Positions 1-8,883 of a DNA stretch of 44,053 nucleotides are shown in pieces. Under the pieces are notes generated by a model that did not search any database, was not told the origin of the DNA, and saw only the letters and a list, made by a program, of their open reading frames with translations. Source of the DNA: a virus (taxonomy: Duplodnaviria; Heunggongvirae; Uroviricota; Caudoviricetes); the IMG/VR virus record IMGVR_UViG_2597489870_000002, positions 1 to 44,053 of that record, one strand, 5' to 3'. The translations under genes were made by a program, and so were the position numbers. How positions within the stretch are numbered: the first letter of the stretch is position 1; every line of letters starts with the position of its first letter.

Positions 1-1257
1 GTGCTTACCGATACAAAATTAAAAAACCTCAAGCCACAGGACAAACTGTACAAAGTTTCCGATCGTGACGGGCTGTATGTAGCTGTGCTTACGTCAGGTA
101 CGGTCTCGTTTCGCTATGACTACCGTATCAACGGTCGCCGCGAAACACTGGTAATCGGGCAGTATGGGCGTGACGGTATCAGCCTGGCAGAAGCGCGAGA
201 AGAACTGATTGCTGCAAAGAAGCTGCTTAAAGCAGGCCAGTCGCCGGCTGCGGCTAAACGTGACGGTATCAAAAAGATTCGTGGTGCCGAGACGTTTGCG
301 GTACATACCGACAGTTATATGAAACACGTCATCCTGGCTGAAAGTACCCGTGCAATGAAGCAGGCGGTGATCGACCGTGACATACTTCCGGTTCTTGGCA
401 ACAAAATGATGGCTGAAATTACCACATCGATGGTTCGTGATTTGTGTGACCGGATTGTCGAACGCGGTGGTCGGGCAACAGCAGTACAGGCCAGGGAGAT
501 CATCAGCAGCGTATACCGTCACGCCAATGACCGTGGTCATGGTTTGTTTAATCCTGCTGCTGACATTAAACCTTCGTCTATCGCCATATTTAAACCACGA
601 GAGCGAACACTGACACCAGAAGAAATTGGTCTGTTCTTCCGCACGCTGGATGCCATTGGTGCTATGGGCACTATGAAAATGGCTTTAAAGCTGGTGCTTA
701 TCACTATGGTTCGTAAAGGCGAATTCACCAATGCAACGTGGGATGAAATAGATTTTAAAAAATGGACATGGACAATTCCTTCAGACCGCATGAAGGGAAG
801 CCGGGCGCATGTTATTTACCTGCCTAAACAGGCTCAGGATATATTGGTCGGGTTGCAGATGTGCGCTGGTGGAAGTGAATATCTGGTTCCTGGTCGTTAC
901 AATTTCAGGAAGCCATTATCTAATGCCGCGCTGAACTCTCTGATCGACAGAACGGTGAAAATAATAAATGAAGATGGTGAGCATATTCAGGACTTCACCG
1001 TACACGATATGCGCCGTACAGCCAGTACGTTGTTGCATGAGGCTGGTTATCCTTCAGACTGGATTGAAAAGGCTCTGGCACATGAGCAGAAAGGTGTGCG
1101 CGCCGTATATAACAAAGCGGAATACGCCAGACAGCGCGCCTACATGTTGCAGCAGTGGTCCGATATGATTGATTCCTGGATTAACGGGGAGCATACGGAT
1201 CTGATTCCGTTCTCCCCGTCGAAGTTTGAGAGGTGGATGGAAGGCAGTAATAAATAA
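1..1257 (+). CDS. int: Tyrosine integrase (P4/IntS-like phage integrase)
   Basis: 418-aa ORF from GTG at nt 1; C-terminal catalytic region with conserved R...HxxR...Y layout (VHDMRRTASTLLHEAGY, LAHEQKGVRAVYNKAEY); at prophage edge next to an excisionase. Confidence 0.9.
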   Translation: MLTDTKLKNLKPQDKLYKVSDRDGLYVAVLTSGTVSFRYDYRINGRRETLVIGQYGRDGISLAEAREELIAAKKLLKAGQSPAAAKRDGIKKIRGAETFAVHTDSYMKHVILAESTRAMKQAVIDRDILPVLGNKMMAEITTSMVRDLCDRIVERGGRATAVQAREIISSVYRHANDRGHGLFNPAADIKPSSIAIFKPRERTLTPEEIGLFFRTLDAIGAMGTMKMALKLVLITMVRKGEFTNATWDEIDFKKWTWTIPSDRMKGSRAHVIYLPKQAQDILVGLQMCAGGSEYLVPGRYNFRKPLSNAALNSLIDRTVKIINEDGEHIQDFTVHDMRRTASTLLHEAGYPSDWIEKALAHEQKGVRAVYNKAEYARQRAYMLQQWSDMIDSWINGEHTDLIPFSPSKFERWMEGSNK

Positions 1258-1259
1258 TT

Positions 1260-1919
1260 CTATCCTTCCTGGACTTTGGTAAGCGTCAGATTTCCGCAGA
1301 ACACTGCGCCGGTGTCGATGTACATCTGGTTTGCATACACCAGTGGGTGATGTGCTGGCGTATGACCGAAGATGAACAAATCGGCACCGGTTATCTCCGA
1401 GACAATACCGTCCTGCGCGTCGCTAACCCGCTCACGATTCCATATCACCATTTCTTCCGGTACTGGCTTATCGAATGCGTATTCGTTGTGCGGGTAGTCT
1501 GCGTGGCAGATGACGACCTTCTTATTGCCGGTAACCAGTTCGATAATCATCGGGAGGTTGGTAATCTTTGGCAGAAGGTATTTGAGTTGCACATCCTGCT
1601 CAGAATCAAGTTGGTGCCACCATCCACCGCCGTTTGACATCCAATGTCCGAAACTTCCGCCGTTGACCAGTGCATCCAGCATCATCTGCTCATGGTTGCC
1701 ACGAACAGCTCGGAACCACGGCATAGTAATCAAATCCAGGCATTCGACGTTTTCAGCGCCGCGGTCAACAAGGTCACCAACGGAAATAAGCAAATCTCGC
1801 GCCGGGTCGAATGAAACTTTGTCGAGTTCGTTCATCAGCAGCGTGTAGCACCCATGCAGATCGCCGACGACGAAGATATTGCACCAGTCATCGCCATTGA
1901 TGCGTTGATATAGGTTCAT
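1260..1919 (-). CDS. Ser/Thr protein phosphatase, lambda PPase-like metallophosphoesterase
   Basis: Start moved to internal ATG ([11 protein letters not shown]); metallophosphatase motifs GDLHG, GDLVDRG and GNHE present; its ATG overlaps the upstream gene stop (ATGA). Confidence 0.85.
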   Translation of the reverse strand: MNLYQRINGDDWCNIFVVGDLHGCYTLLMNELDKVSFDPARDLLISVGDLVDRGAENVECLDLITMPWFRAVRGNHEQMMLDALVNGGSFGHWMSNGGGWWHQLDSEQDVQLKYLLPKITNLPMIIELVTGNKKVVICHADYPHNEYAFDKPVPEEMVIWNRERVSDAQDGIVSEITGADLFIFGHTPAHHPLVYANQMYIDTGAVFCGNLTLTKVQEG

Positions 1920-2566
1920 GCTACACGCTCCCGCCCCTGGTTGTCTGTTGGTGACAGCGGAGCATTGCTGAATGCATTTGTTAATCTGGCAATATCCAAC
2001 GCGTATCCAGGGTGTAGTTGCACTGCTGGGTCTTCGCACTGATTACCCCAAACATCGAAGCCATGAGACGACTGGCGGGCGAACAGTTCAATGCGAGAAA
2101 CATCGCCTAACAATTGCACAAGTTTTTCACGAACGACATCTGGTTTTCTTGAATGCTCAAGCCGCGGTGCGGTAAATGACTGAACGATACCTGCATTAAT
2201 GCGCGGAGGTAGTTTTCCCTTTACTGCAAACAGGCAATCTTCACTATTGGCGCGAGTCATGTGACCCATACCCATAACCAGTTTATCTGGTTGTCGACTA
2301 CCACATTTTATCCACGTGAATCCCTTCATGGTCATCAGACGGAATCCCCAGGCTTCAACAACTTTTAGTGCTTCGAGTGGTTGTGTTGGCACCCACCACA
2401 TGGCCAACAGACAGTTTTCATCGGCCAAATCCCACACAGGAAGGCGGCAGATATCCAGCACACTCATAACCGGATATTTAAAACCGGCACCGCGATTACC
2501 ATCTGCGGCTTTGTCCCGGTATACCCAGGGTGGATCTGCATAGATTAGTGTGTATTTCTTAGTCAT
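1916..2566 (-). CDS. MT-A70-family DNA N6-adenine methyltransferase
   Basis: Catalytic DPPW motif (YADPPWVY) near N-terminus; ATG at 2564-2566 preceded by GGTGG; alternative GTG start at 2578. Confidence 0.8.
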   Translation of the reverse strand: MTKKYTLIYADPPWVYRDKAADGNRGAGFKYPVMSVLDICRLPVWDLADENCLLAMWWVPTQPLEALKVVEAWGFRLMTMKGFTWIKCGSRQPDKLVMGMGHMTRANSEDCLFAVKGKLPPRINAGIVQSFTAPRLEHSRKPDVVREKLVQLLGDVSRIELFARQSSHGFDVWGNQCEDPAVQLHPGYALDIARLTNAFSNAPLSPTDNQGRERVA

Positions 2567-2825
2567 AAACCACCCCACAACATCCTATGCCGCTATAGTC
2601 GCCACGGCGAAGGCCGTTACCTTTTGTGATACATTGGTCCCTGCGAACCGCGATCCTTGCACGCTCAACATCACCAGAAGCAACATCCATACACTGAAGC
2701 CAAAGGTGGGCGGCAATGCGGAACTGCCCTTTTTTCTCTCTTTCAATCGCGCGTTTTTCGATCTCTATCGCCGCAGGAGAAACGGCAACAACCTTTGAAG
2801 GGCTGCGCATTGAAACCTTGTTCAT
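2559..2825 (-). CDS. Hypothetical small protein
   Basis: ORF overlaps the methylase start; ATG at 2825 or GTG at 2858; weak ribosome-binding site, no recognisable motif. Confidence 0.35.
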   Translation of the reverse strand: MNKVSMRSPSKVVAVSPAAIEIEKRAIEREKKGQFRIAAHLWLQCMDVASGDVERARIAVRRDQCITKGNGLRRGDYSGIGCCGVVYD

Positions 2826-2967
2826 GTGATATTTTTCAAGTCTGCTTAACTTTCTCACTTAATCCAACCCTCTCTGAAAATTAATGCCAGCAGATAAAGC
2901 CATGCTGAAACAGAGGCCAGGAATAAGTACCATCATGACCATTTGCTCCAGTGCCTTAGCAGCGCAC

Positions 2968-3216
2968 TCATGCAGCGTTGCTCACAGGACGATAGACACG
3001 TTGCTGAACAGGAGGTTTTTTACCCTGGAACTCTGCCGGGCTTGCTGCCTGACGTTCATCAAGCCAACGCTCAACTTCATCACGGTTCCATGCGCAGCGT
3101 TTATCGGTGATATACCAGCGTTTAGGAAATTCCCCTGCGCGCTCCATACGGTCGATAGTGCTCCATGACAGTGGAACCACCGCCAGGAGTTCCTTCTTAC
3201 CTAATGCACCTTTCAT
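2968..3216 (-). CDS. xis: AlpA-family excisionase / transcriptional regulator
   Basis: 82 aa; AlpA-type HTH (LLAVVPLSWSTIDRMERAGEFPK...DEVERWL); integrase-proximal position. Confidence 0.75.
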   Translation of the reverse strand: MKGALGKKELLAVVPLSWSTIDRMERAGEFPKRWYITDKRCAWNRDEVERWLDERQAASPAEFQGKKPPVQQRVYRPVSNAA

Positions 3217-3265
3217 AAATACCTCTCTTGGTTGCAGTGCGGCGCGCGTGGCGCCGCGGTGGTGG

Positions 3266-4207
3266 TTACATAGATGTTTCGTTTAATTCTTCCCGACGAA
3301 CGCTGTAAACGTCGGTGGCTTTTGCCAGCAGTTCGTCATCATCTGAAAGTTTTTGTGCAATGTATTTGTAAGCCTTATCCAGTTCGGAGACAGTGCTGTA
3401 ATTCATCGCTGCGCTGGTAAAGGCCATCAGCATTTCTTCTGGATCACGGCTATCCGATTTACGCGTTTGCTCATCAGGCTTTTTCGCTGGTTTAGCGTTG
3501 ATCAGACTGTTCATTCCCGCAGCAGTGGTCGTTTGCGGAGTAATGTCTCGCTCAACGCGCGGTGCCGTTTCCTGTAATTCGTCTGGGGTGTAGACGCCCA
3601 TGATTACGTCAGGACAGTGCAGGCGAGACCAGCGTTTTGTCGCAAGGTATGCGAGTTGTTGTTTCGGATCACTGGCCCAAAGTGTGGAGTTTCTTACCTG
3701 TGCTTGAGACAGCATTAACTCAAGCACTCGAGGTTGATCCTCGCCCTTCATGGTTGCCCATACGCGAACACCGCAGCCTTCTTCGTCTTTTAGAGTCCAG
3801 CCTGGTGCGATATATGGATTGCCGTTTTTGGATGTTTTCTCAACAAACTTACCGATCACGCGTTCCCACGGCCCAAACCACTCGTAGTTGATGCGATCTT
3901 TTGTTGGCGACATCGTTGAGATAACTGCGTTTACTAATTGGGCTTCATAACCTAGCGTGCCGTTCACAACATGGGTTTTCTGAGCCACGGCAAACGGGTT
4001 CATTCCCCACTGCGCAGCCTGCATTGCCACGGCCATGCAATCAGCTGATTTCCCGGCGAGGTGCGCCGGTACCGTTACGCGGCTTTGCGCCATTACCTCG
4101 GCGAATTTCATCAGTTGGTTCAAGCCGTCTGGGCTGAAAATAGTTGCAGCAGTTCCAGCGATTGCTGTGTCTACTGGTGCGTTGATGTTTGCGATGTCGT
4201 TGCTCAT
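3266..4207 (-). CDS. recT: RecT-family single-strand annealing recombinase
   Basis: Start at ATG 4205-4207 (MSNDIANINAP) with AGGA 9 nt upstream; RecT-like core; ATG overlaps upstream exonuclease stop (ATGA). Confidence 0.85.
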   Translation of the reverse strand: MSNDIANINAPVDTAIAGTAATIFSPDGLNQLMKFAEVMAQSRVTVPAHLAGKSADCMAVAMQAAQWGMNPFAVAQKTHVVNGTLGYEAQLVNAVISTMSPTKDRINYEWFGPWERVIGKFVEKTSKNGNPYIAPGWTLKDEEGCGVRVWATMKGEDQPRVLELMLSQAQVRNSTLWASDPKQQLAYLATKRWSRLHCPDVIMGVYTPDELQETAPRVERDITPQTTTAAGMNSLINAKPAKKPDEQTRKSDSRDPEEMLMAFTSAAMNYSTVSELDKAYKYIAQKLSDDDELLAKATDVYSVRREELNETSM

Positions 4208-5025
4208 ATGTACATATCCTGTTTGCGTGCCCACTCAGGGCGTTTAATGATTTCCACACCGCCCCATTCATCATTGATGCGGCATTCGTGATAGGTATTC
4301 AGATCCCGGCGGAACAGAGCGTGCCCGGCATCGACATCCTGCGCATCCAGCTCGAACACGCGTACCGGATACCGACCACAATCAATGCTTTCGCTCACGG
4401 CAAGAAAGAAAAAACCATGCGGCTGACCAGTAACCCTCATTGCGCCTTCGCGGTACATTGCGTCCTGCACGTGGTAGCGGAATTCCTCGATGTGGCGTGC
4501 AAAACGGTCCATATCTGCAACCTTTTTCACGTCGACGATCACGTTGTGCTCGTTCAGCCATTTGTCTGGACGAATTCGGCACAACTCACCCGTCTCTTCA
4601 TCGTTCCAGTACATTGATGCTTCGCAGTAACCAGGTGCTTCCAACATCCAGCGTGCCGCCGGGTGAGCCATTGCGCTATCACGCATCAGCTCCAGTTTCC
4701 GCCACTGCTCGGCATCAAGTACCGTAATCCCCATATCCGCCACATCACGAAGAAATGCCTCTTCGTCAGCTTTACCTTGTTTCGTCCGACGATCGAATTT
4801 CGGTGAAACAATGAAGCGTTTGTCGAACTCTCTAGGCTCCAGAAGCAGACAGTGCAATGCGGTTCCCATATCCAGTGCAGACTTTTTCTCTTCGTCTTCT
4901 GGTGCTGCCTGAACCCATTTAAGAAGCGCCGGATTCTTGGCAACCATGTCCAGTTGCGACTTACTCACGCCGTCACCGGCGTGGTAGTCCTCATTGCTGA
5001 TGTCGAAATAGATGCCAGTATTCAT
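4204..5025 (-). CDS. RecE-like exonuclease (PD-(D/E)XK nuclease domain), partner of RecT
   Basis: 273 aa; N-terminal IYFDISNEDYHAG motif typical of prophage exonuclease VIII-like nucleases; translationally coupled upstream of recT. Confidence 0.75.
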   Translation of the reverse strand: MNTGIYFDISNEDYHAGDGVSKSQLDMVAKNPALLKWVQAAPEDEEKKSALDMGTALHCLLLEPREFDKRFIVSPKFDRRTKQGKADEEAFLRDVADMGITVLDAEQWRKLELMRDSAMAHPAARWMLEAPGYCEASMYWNDEETGELCRIRPDKWLNEHNVIVDVKKVADMDRFARHIEEFRYHVQDAMYREGAMRVTGQPHGFFFLAVSESIDCGRYPVRVFELDAQDVDAGHALFRRDLNTYHECRINDEWGGVEIIKRPEWARKQDMYI

Positions 5026-5228
5026 AACTTAACCTTGTATTCGTTCTGCTTGTTGGAACGGGTTCCATCGTGGAAATATATTGCGCTCCTGGTTACCTCT
5101 ACCCATTTGCGACGTTCAAGCTCAGCGATGAACCAAGAAACCTTCGATCTTGAGATACCAAGAATCTTTGCCATATCTCGGATGCTGTGTTTTCCACCTC
5201 GCAGCAATGAGAGGAGTGTTGGTTTCAT
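5022..5228 (-). CDS. Small HTH DNA-binding protein
   Basis: 68 aa with HTH-like segment (IRDMAKILGISRSKVSWFIAEL); ATGA overlap with exonuclease gene. Confidence 0.5.
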   Translation of the reverse strand: MKPTLLSLLRGGKHSIRDMAKILGISRSKVSWFIAELERRKWVEVTRSAIYFHDGTRSNKQNEYKVKL

Positions 5229-5524
5229 GCCGCGTCCCTCTGCCCATCAAGCTGATCAGCCAGATCCCAGCGGGCGATAATTGCCATTGCCTCGCGCCGG
5301 TAGGCATCCATTAGTTCTTCGAACTCAGGGCTGTCTTTAGCGGCCTCCAGTACTTCCTGGCGAACGCCTTTAACTGTTACAACGTCGAAAGTTGATGCCA
5401 GTTGATGAAGCCGGATACTCTCAATCAGTTCGACTTGTCGGTCATATAGCTGTTCTGACAGGCGGTAGTCCTTGTCGAATTCCAGCATGATTTTTTGAAG
5501 ATTTTTCTGCTGATTAACGTTCAT
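5225..5524 (-). CDS. Hypothetical early protein
   Basis: Start placed at ATG 5522-5524 (MNVNQQ) with GGAGG 7 nt upstream; alternative ATG at 5539. Confidence 0.5.
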   Translation of the reverse strand: MNVNQQKNLQKIMLEFDKDYRLSEQLYDRQVELIESIRLHQLASTFDVVTVKGVRQEVLEAAKDSPEFEELMDAYRREAMAIIARWDLADQLDGQRDAA

Positions 5525-5527
5525 TAT

Positions 5528-5679
5528 CAGCCCTCCCATATCTCGTTATCGTTGGCCACATCGCGAGCTTCTTTGCTGACGAAAGCCCACTTAATGCCTT
5601 CCTGTAAGGTGCGGAACTTCCAGCTCATGAATCCGCATGCAGTAACGCAGTACCAACCGTTGATGATTTTCCACTGCAT
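5528..5679 (-). CDS. Small hypothetical protein (50 aa), first gene of leftward early operon
   Basis: Below the ORF-track cutoff; ATG 5677-5679 with GAGGT 8 nt upstream; lies just downstream of the OL-like promoter. Confidence 0.3.
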
Positions 5680-5698
5680 AACTTGTTACCTCGGTCTG

Positions 5699-5776
5699 TT
5701 ACCGTTGAGGTAATGATTATGCGTATTTGGTTTGGTGTCAATAGATATGAGTTAAAAAAATTACCCTTAAGGTAAT
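5699..5776 (-). promoter_or_regulatory. Leftward early promoter with two operator palindromes (OL-like)
   Basis: Sites TTACCGTTGAGGTAAT (5699-5714) and TTACCCTTAAGGTAAT (5761-5776) flank a minus-strand TTGACA -35 (rc of 5736-5741) and TAATCA -10. Confidence 0.6.
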
Positions 5777-5788
5777 TGTGCAGGCAAT

Positions 5789-5810
5789 AAAAAAGCCGCC
5801 AGAAGGCGGC
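5789..5810 (-). terminator. Rho-independent terminator after repressor gene
   Basis: GCCGCC-AGAA-GGCGGC hairpin followed on minus strand by a 6-U tract. Confidence 0.7.
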
Positions 5811-5832
5811 TTACTTACTGAAAAATATGATT

Positions 5833-6417
5833 TTATTGTTTGTTTTTTTCGTTCTGGTTGATGACAAATTCAATGTAACTTTCGATCTTTGCTTTCTCGG
5901 TTTCGGGTAACAATGCGTAGCGCGAGCGGTCATAGTTGATGGTCGCAGGGTCGTGCGGGTGAATCAGTAATTCATAGCCGTGACGCCCGAATGCGGATGC
6001 AACATTCTCCAGGGTGGAAATGGAAACGCTGACCTCATTGTTTAACAGGCGGCTGATTGTCACCTGGGCGACGCCGGATGCGCGGTGAAGTTTTCCCTGT
6101 GTTGAAAGGTCGCGGCTTTCGCTCATCCAGCGTTCCAGGTTGTGAGCCGCCAGCTGACCTATATCGCTCGGGCCGACAGGCTGAAAACCTTCCTGAGAAA
6201 GCGAGCGATCGATATCAAGCCAGTTACGGGGTTTATTGGCGGCAGCTTCAATTTTTCGCGCAACCTGGTCGCCGATAACCTTCTTGCCAAGAGCCCAGCG
6301 GTTTACCAGATTTGCCTGAGTTCCAAGTTTTTCTGCCATCCGCGTCTGAACACCATTGAATTCACGGTCGATCAAGTCGTTGAGATTTTGCCTGCGGACG
6401 TCCTGGATACTTTTCAT
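5833..6417 (-). CDS. CI-like prophage repressor (HTH-XRE), no peptidase domain evident
   Basis: 194 aa; N-terminal HTH (GVQTRMAEKLGTQANLVNRWALGKK) and a second HTH-like segment (ASGVAQVTISRLLNNE); divergent from a cro-like gene across an operator region; no S24 Ser/Lys peptidase motifs seen. Confidence 0.75.
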   Translation of the reverse strand: MKSIQDVRRQNLNDLIDREFNGVQTRMAEKLGTQANLVNRWALGKKVIGDQVARKIEAAANKPRNWLDIDRSLSQEGFQPVGPSDIGQLAAHNLERWMSESRDLSTQGKLHRASGVAQVTISRLLNNEVSVSISTLENVASAFGRHGYELLIHPHDPATINYDRSRYALLPETEKAKIESYIEFVINQNEKNKQ

Positions 6418-6472
6418 TTTCTGGAAAATCGCCTCATATATGAATCAGTAGATGATTCAATTTAAAGCAATA

Positions 6473-6536
6473 TTACCCAACAGGTAAATGCACCCCATAG
6501 GTAACTATCCTTGATTTTTGTTACCTTATGGGTGAA
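6473..6536. promoter_or_regulatory. Immunity-region operator cluster (OR-like) between repressor and cro-like genes
   Basis: Three spaced sites: TTACCCAACAGGTAAA (6473-6488), degenerate GCACCCCATAGGTAAC (6490-6505), TTACCTTATGGGTGAA (6521-6536); TTGATT -35-like hexamer at 6511-6516. Confidence 0.65.
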
Positions 6537-6571
6537 TATTTATTATCTGAAATAAATATCAGGCAATAGCT

Positions 6572-6802
6572 ATGAGCGATAACGGACATTTCGATTTCAA
6601 AAAGCACTGGCTTGCACTTACTCCGGATGAGCGTGAAGCCTTCGCACAGGAAGCCGGAACGACGAGTCACTATATCCAGACTCACTTAACAGGTAAGCGC
6701 AAAATGCCAGGTAAGGTATTGATGAATGGGCTTTTTAAAGCCTGTAAAACAAGACAATGGCTGCGCTCAAAAGCAGAACTGGCATACTTCTTCTACTCAT
6801 GA
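6572..6802 (+). CDS. Cro-like small DNA-binding regulator
   Basis: 76 aa, divergent from repressor; HTH-like segment; position equivalent to lambda cro. Confidence 0.55.
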   Translation: MSDNGHFDFKKHWLALTPDEREAFAQEAGTTSHYIQTHLTGKRKMPGKVLMNGLFKACKTRQWLRSKAELAYFFYS

Positions 6803-6823
6803 TATCCAGCCACAACCCTCTGT

Positions 6824-6847
6824 AGACCGCCATCCGGCGGTCTTTTC
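6824..6847 (+). terminator. Rho-independent terminator after cro-like gene
   Basis: AGACCGCC-ATCC-GGCGGTCT hairpin followed by TTTT. Confidence 0.65.
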
Positions 6848-6857
6848 ATATCTATTC

Positions 6858-6873
6858 GTACCTCAAAGGTAAT
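6858..6873. promoter_or_regulatory. Operator palindrome upstream of replication operon
   Basis: GTACCTCAAAGGTAAT; ATGTGGTT element at 6884-6891. Confidence 0.5.
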
Positions 6874-6952
6874 AAAAAACCAAATGTGGTTGATCTTTTT
6901 TTTGTGTCAGCACAAAATAACCGTAATCCCAATACTAATAACAGGGCTTACC

Positions 6953-7153
6953 ATGGAAATCATTACACGTATTGATGCCGCAAAGCGCGGACTTAAACGC
7001 TATTACACCGGAAAACAATGTAAGCACGGACATGACAGTGAACGCTGGGTTTACAACGGACACTGTGTTGAGTGCACCATGGAATCAAACCGTCGCATCA
7101 GGGCAGAGATTAAGCAGATCATGATTAATTCCTCCCCACAACACTCAAGCTGA
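6953..7153 (+). CDS. Small zinc-ribbon protein, possible regulator
   Basis: Start at ATG 6953; Cys/His cluster CKHGH...HCVEC; first gene after the cro terminator. Confidence 0.45.
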   Translation: MEIITRIDAAKRGLKRYYTGKQCKHGHDSERWVYNGHCVECTMESNRRIRAEIKQIMINSSPQHSS

Positions 7154-7168
7154 TAGCGGAGATTAATC

Positions 7169-7984
7169 ATGAGCAGACATGCAACAGATTGGGCTTGGGA
7201 GACAGATCCAGGCAGCTCATCATTAAAGCTCATACTGCTCTCGATGGCTGACAGAGCCGATGAATATAACCTCTGCTACCCCAGCATAGAACGCCTCGTT
7301 AAAGACACTTGCCTGAATAAAAAAACCGTGCAGGCCGGGCTTATATCGCTCATGAAAATGGGGCTTATTTCAGATACCGGAGAGAGAAAGGGAGCGACAA
7401 AAAGAGTGCGGGTTTTCTCTCTTAATATAACCAAAAACGGGAACATTAAAGGCAACCGAGAGGGGGTCAATGAACCCGAAAACGGTAATGTTACCGAAAA
7501 CGGGAATATACCCAAAAACGGGATGTTGAATGATCCCAAAAACGGGATGTTGAATGATCCCAAAAACGGGATCCAGAACCAGTCATATAACCAGTCATTT
7601 AACCAAGAGAGGGAGAGCAGGACAAAAAACGGGGATTCTGTGCATCATGACCCCGGCGCAAACAACGCCGTGATGAATAACTTTGTTCCTCTTGGTGGGC
7701 CAGGGCAATTAGGCAAATTTGTCATGCATGAACAATGGCAGCCATCAGATGACTTTCTTCGGAAAAGCTCATTGCAGGGGATCTACCTGGACAGTCTGCC
7801 AACGGCACAGGAACTTGCAGAGTTCAGAATTTACTGGATGGCTGAGGGTAAGGCATACCATCAGGCACAGTGGGAGCAGAAGCTGGCAAGGCGGCTGCAG
7901 ATTAGCAGACAGAAGCAATCAACATTACCTGATAACAACGTTCCGCACTGGAACAGCCCTGAAGCATGGGAGGATTTCTTGTGA
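7169..7984 (+). CDS. Replication initiator (lambda O-like) with internal origin iterons
   Basis: N-terminal HTH-like region; central Asn/Gly-rich repeats encoded by DNA iterons; followed by, and overlapping, a lambda P-like gene. Confidence 0.7.
   Translation: MSRHATDWAWETDPGSSSLKLILLSMADRADEYNLCYPSIERLVKDTCLNKKTVQAGLISLMKMGLISDTGERKGATKRVRVFSLNITKNGNIKGNREGVNEPENGNVTENGNIPKNGMLNDPKNGMLNDPKNGIQNQSYNQSFNQERESRTKNGDSVHHDPGANNAVMNNFVPLGGPGQLGKFVMHEQWQPSDDFLRKSSLQGIYLDSLPTAQELAEFRIYWMAEGKAYHQAQWEQKLARRLQISRQKQSTLPDNNVPHWNSPEAWEDFL
7431..7570. repeat. Origin-like iterons inside initiator gene
   Basis: Six copies of CC(C/G)AAAACGG(G) starting at 7431, 7475, 7494, 7511, 7535, 7559; the last three are near-identical 24-bp units. 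Confidence 0.65.
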
Positions 7985-8766
7985 ACAACGTTTTTACCGC
8001 GATACAAAACCGTGACGGAGAAGCCCTTTCTCGCATGTCAGGTTATGAGCATCAGTACACCAACAATGACAACGTGGTGAACATGTCAGCAGAGAGGCTT
8101 GTTGATGCCCTTTTCAAACAGCTGAAACAACTGTTTCCGGCGGCAGTGGTAACCAACCTGAAGACGCCAGAGCAGGAAGTTGCTGCAAAACAGCAGTGGA
8201 TTGCTGCGTTTGCCGAAGGGGGGATCCGAACCCGTGAACAGGTTTCTGCTGGTATGCGCCACGCCCGCGCCAGCGAATCTCCGTTCTGGCCGTCGCCAGG
8301 GCAATTTATCAAGTGGTGCAAAGACAGCAAGATGGTTCTTGGCGTCACCATTGACGATGTGATGGCGGAGTTTCACCGGTACAGCAAGGAAAAAAGTTTA
8401 TATCCTGGTGGTCCCGAAAGATTCCCGTGGCGGCATCCGGTTATGTACTGGGTCGTATGTGATACCCGCCGTGCAATGTATCAGCGCCAGCTTAGCGAGA
8501 TTGAGGTTGAGAAACACGCGCGCAGGCTGCTCGATGATTGGGCGAAAAAGGTGGCTTCCGGACAGCAGATACCCGATCCGGTGATCAGCATACAGGCAAA
8601 GCCAGAGCCCATGAGTACACCTCCGGACACAGGGAGAGACGTTTACCACCCGCCAGGGCGAAGTTTCGGGTGCATGCCTAACGCCGCCACCCTGGGGGGA
8701 ATAACACCGGCGCAGTGGCTGATGGAGGAATACAGGCGGGGAAAGGCGGCAGGATTTATCAAGTAA
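7981..8766 (+). CDS. Replication protein P-like (helicase loader)
   Basis: Clear similarity to the lambda P core (QQWIAAFAEGGIRTREQVSAGMRHAR...PFWPSPGQFIKWCKD); GTG 7981 preceded by GGGAGGA and overlapping the O stop (GTGA); alternative ATG at 7966. Confidence 0.8.
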   Translation: MNNVFTAIQNRDGEALSRMSGYEHQYTNNDNVVNMSAERLVDALFKQLKQLFPAAVVTNLKTPEQEVAAKQQWIAAFAEGGIRTREQVSAGMRHARASESPFWPSPGQFIKWCKDSKMVLGVTIDDVMAEFHRYSKEKSLYPGGPERFPWRHPVMYWVVCDTRRAMYQRQLSEIEVEKHARRLLDDWAKKVASGQQIPDPVISIQAKPEPMSTPPDTGRDVYHPPGRSFGCMPNAATLGGITPAQWLMEEYRRGKAAGFIK

Positions 8767-8771
8767 TACCA

Positions 8772-8791
8772 GCGCGATAGCGCATTTTTTT
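8772..8791 (+). terminator. Weak intrinsic terminator after replication operon
   Basis: Short GCGC-GATA-GCGC stem followed by 7 T. Confidence 0.4.
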
Positions 8792-8803
8792 ACGTCTCAA
8801 TAA

Positions 8804-8881
8804 TTACCTATGAGGTAATAAAATATTCTAAAATCTATTGATTTCGTGTCTTATGTGGTTTTTAATTACCTCAGGGGTAAA
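8804..8881. promoter_or_regulatory. Promoter region with two operator palindromes
   Basis: TTACCTATGAGGTAAT (8804-8819), TTGATT -35-like, ATGTGGTT (8853-8860), TTACCTCAGGGGTAAA (8866-8881) abutting the start codon at 8884. Confidence 0.55.
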
Positions 8882-8883
8882 TC

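Noticed and set aside
3240-3260. GC hairpin between recT and the excisionase gene as a terminator
   Set aside because: GCGGCGC...GCGCCGC stem with no U-tract on either strand.
7431-7570. Direct repeats as a CRISPR array or degenerate tandem repeat
   Set aside because: Repeats are 11-24 bp with no unique spacers, lie inside a coding frame, and fit replication-origin iterons.
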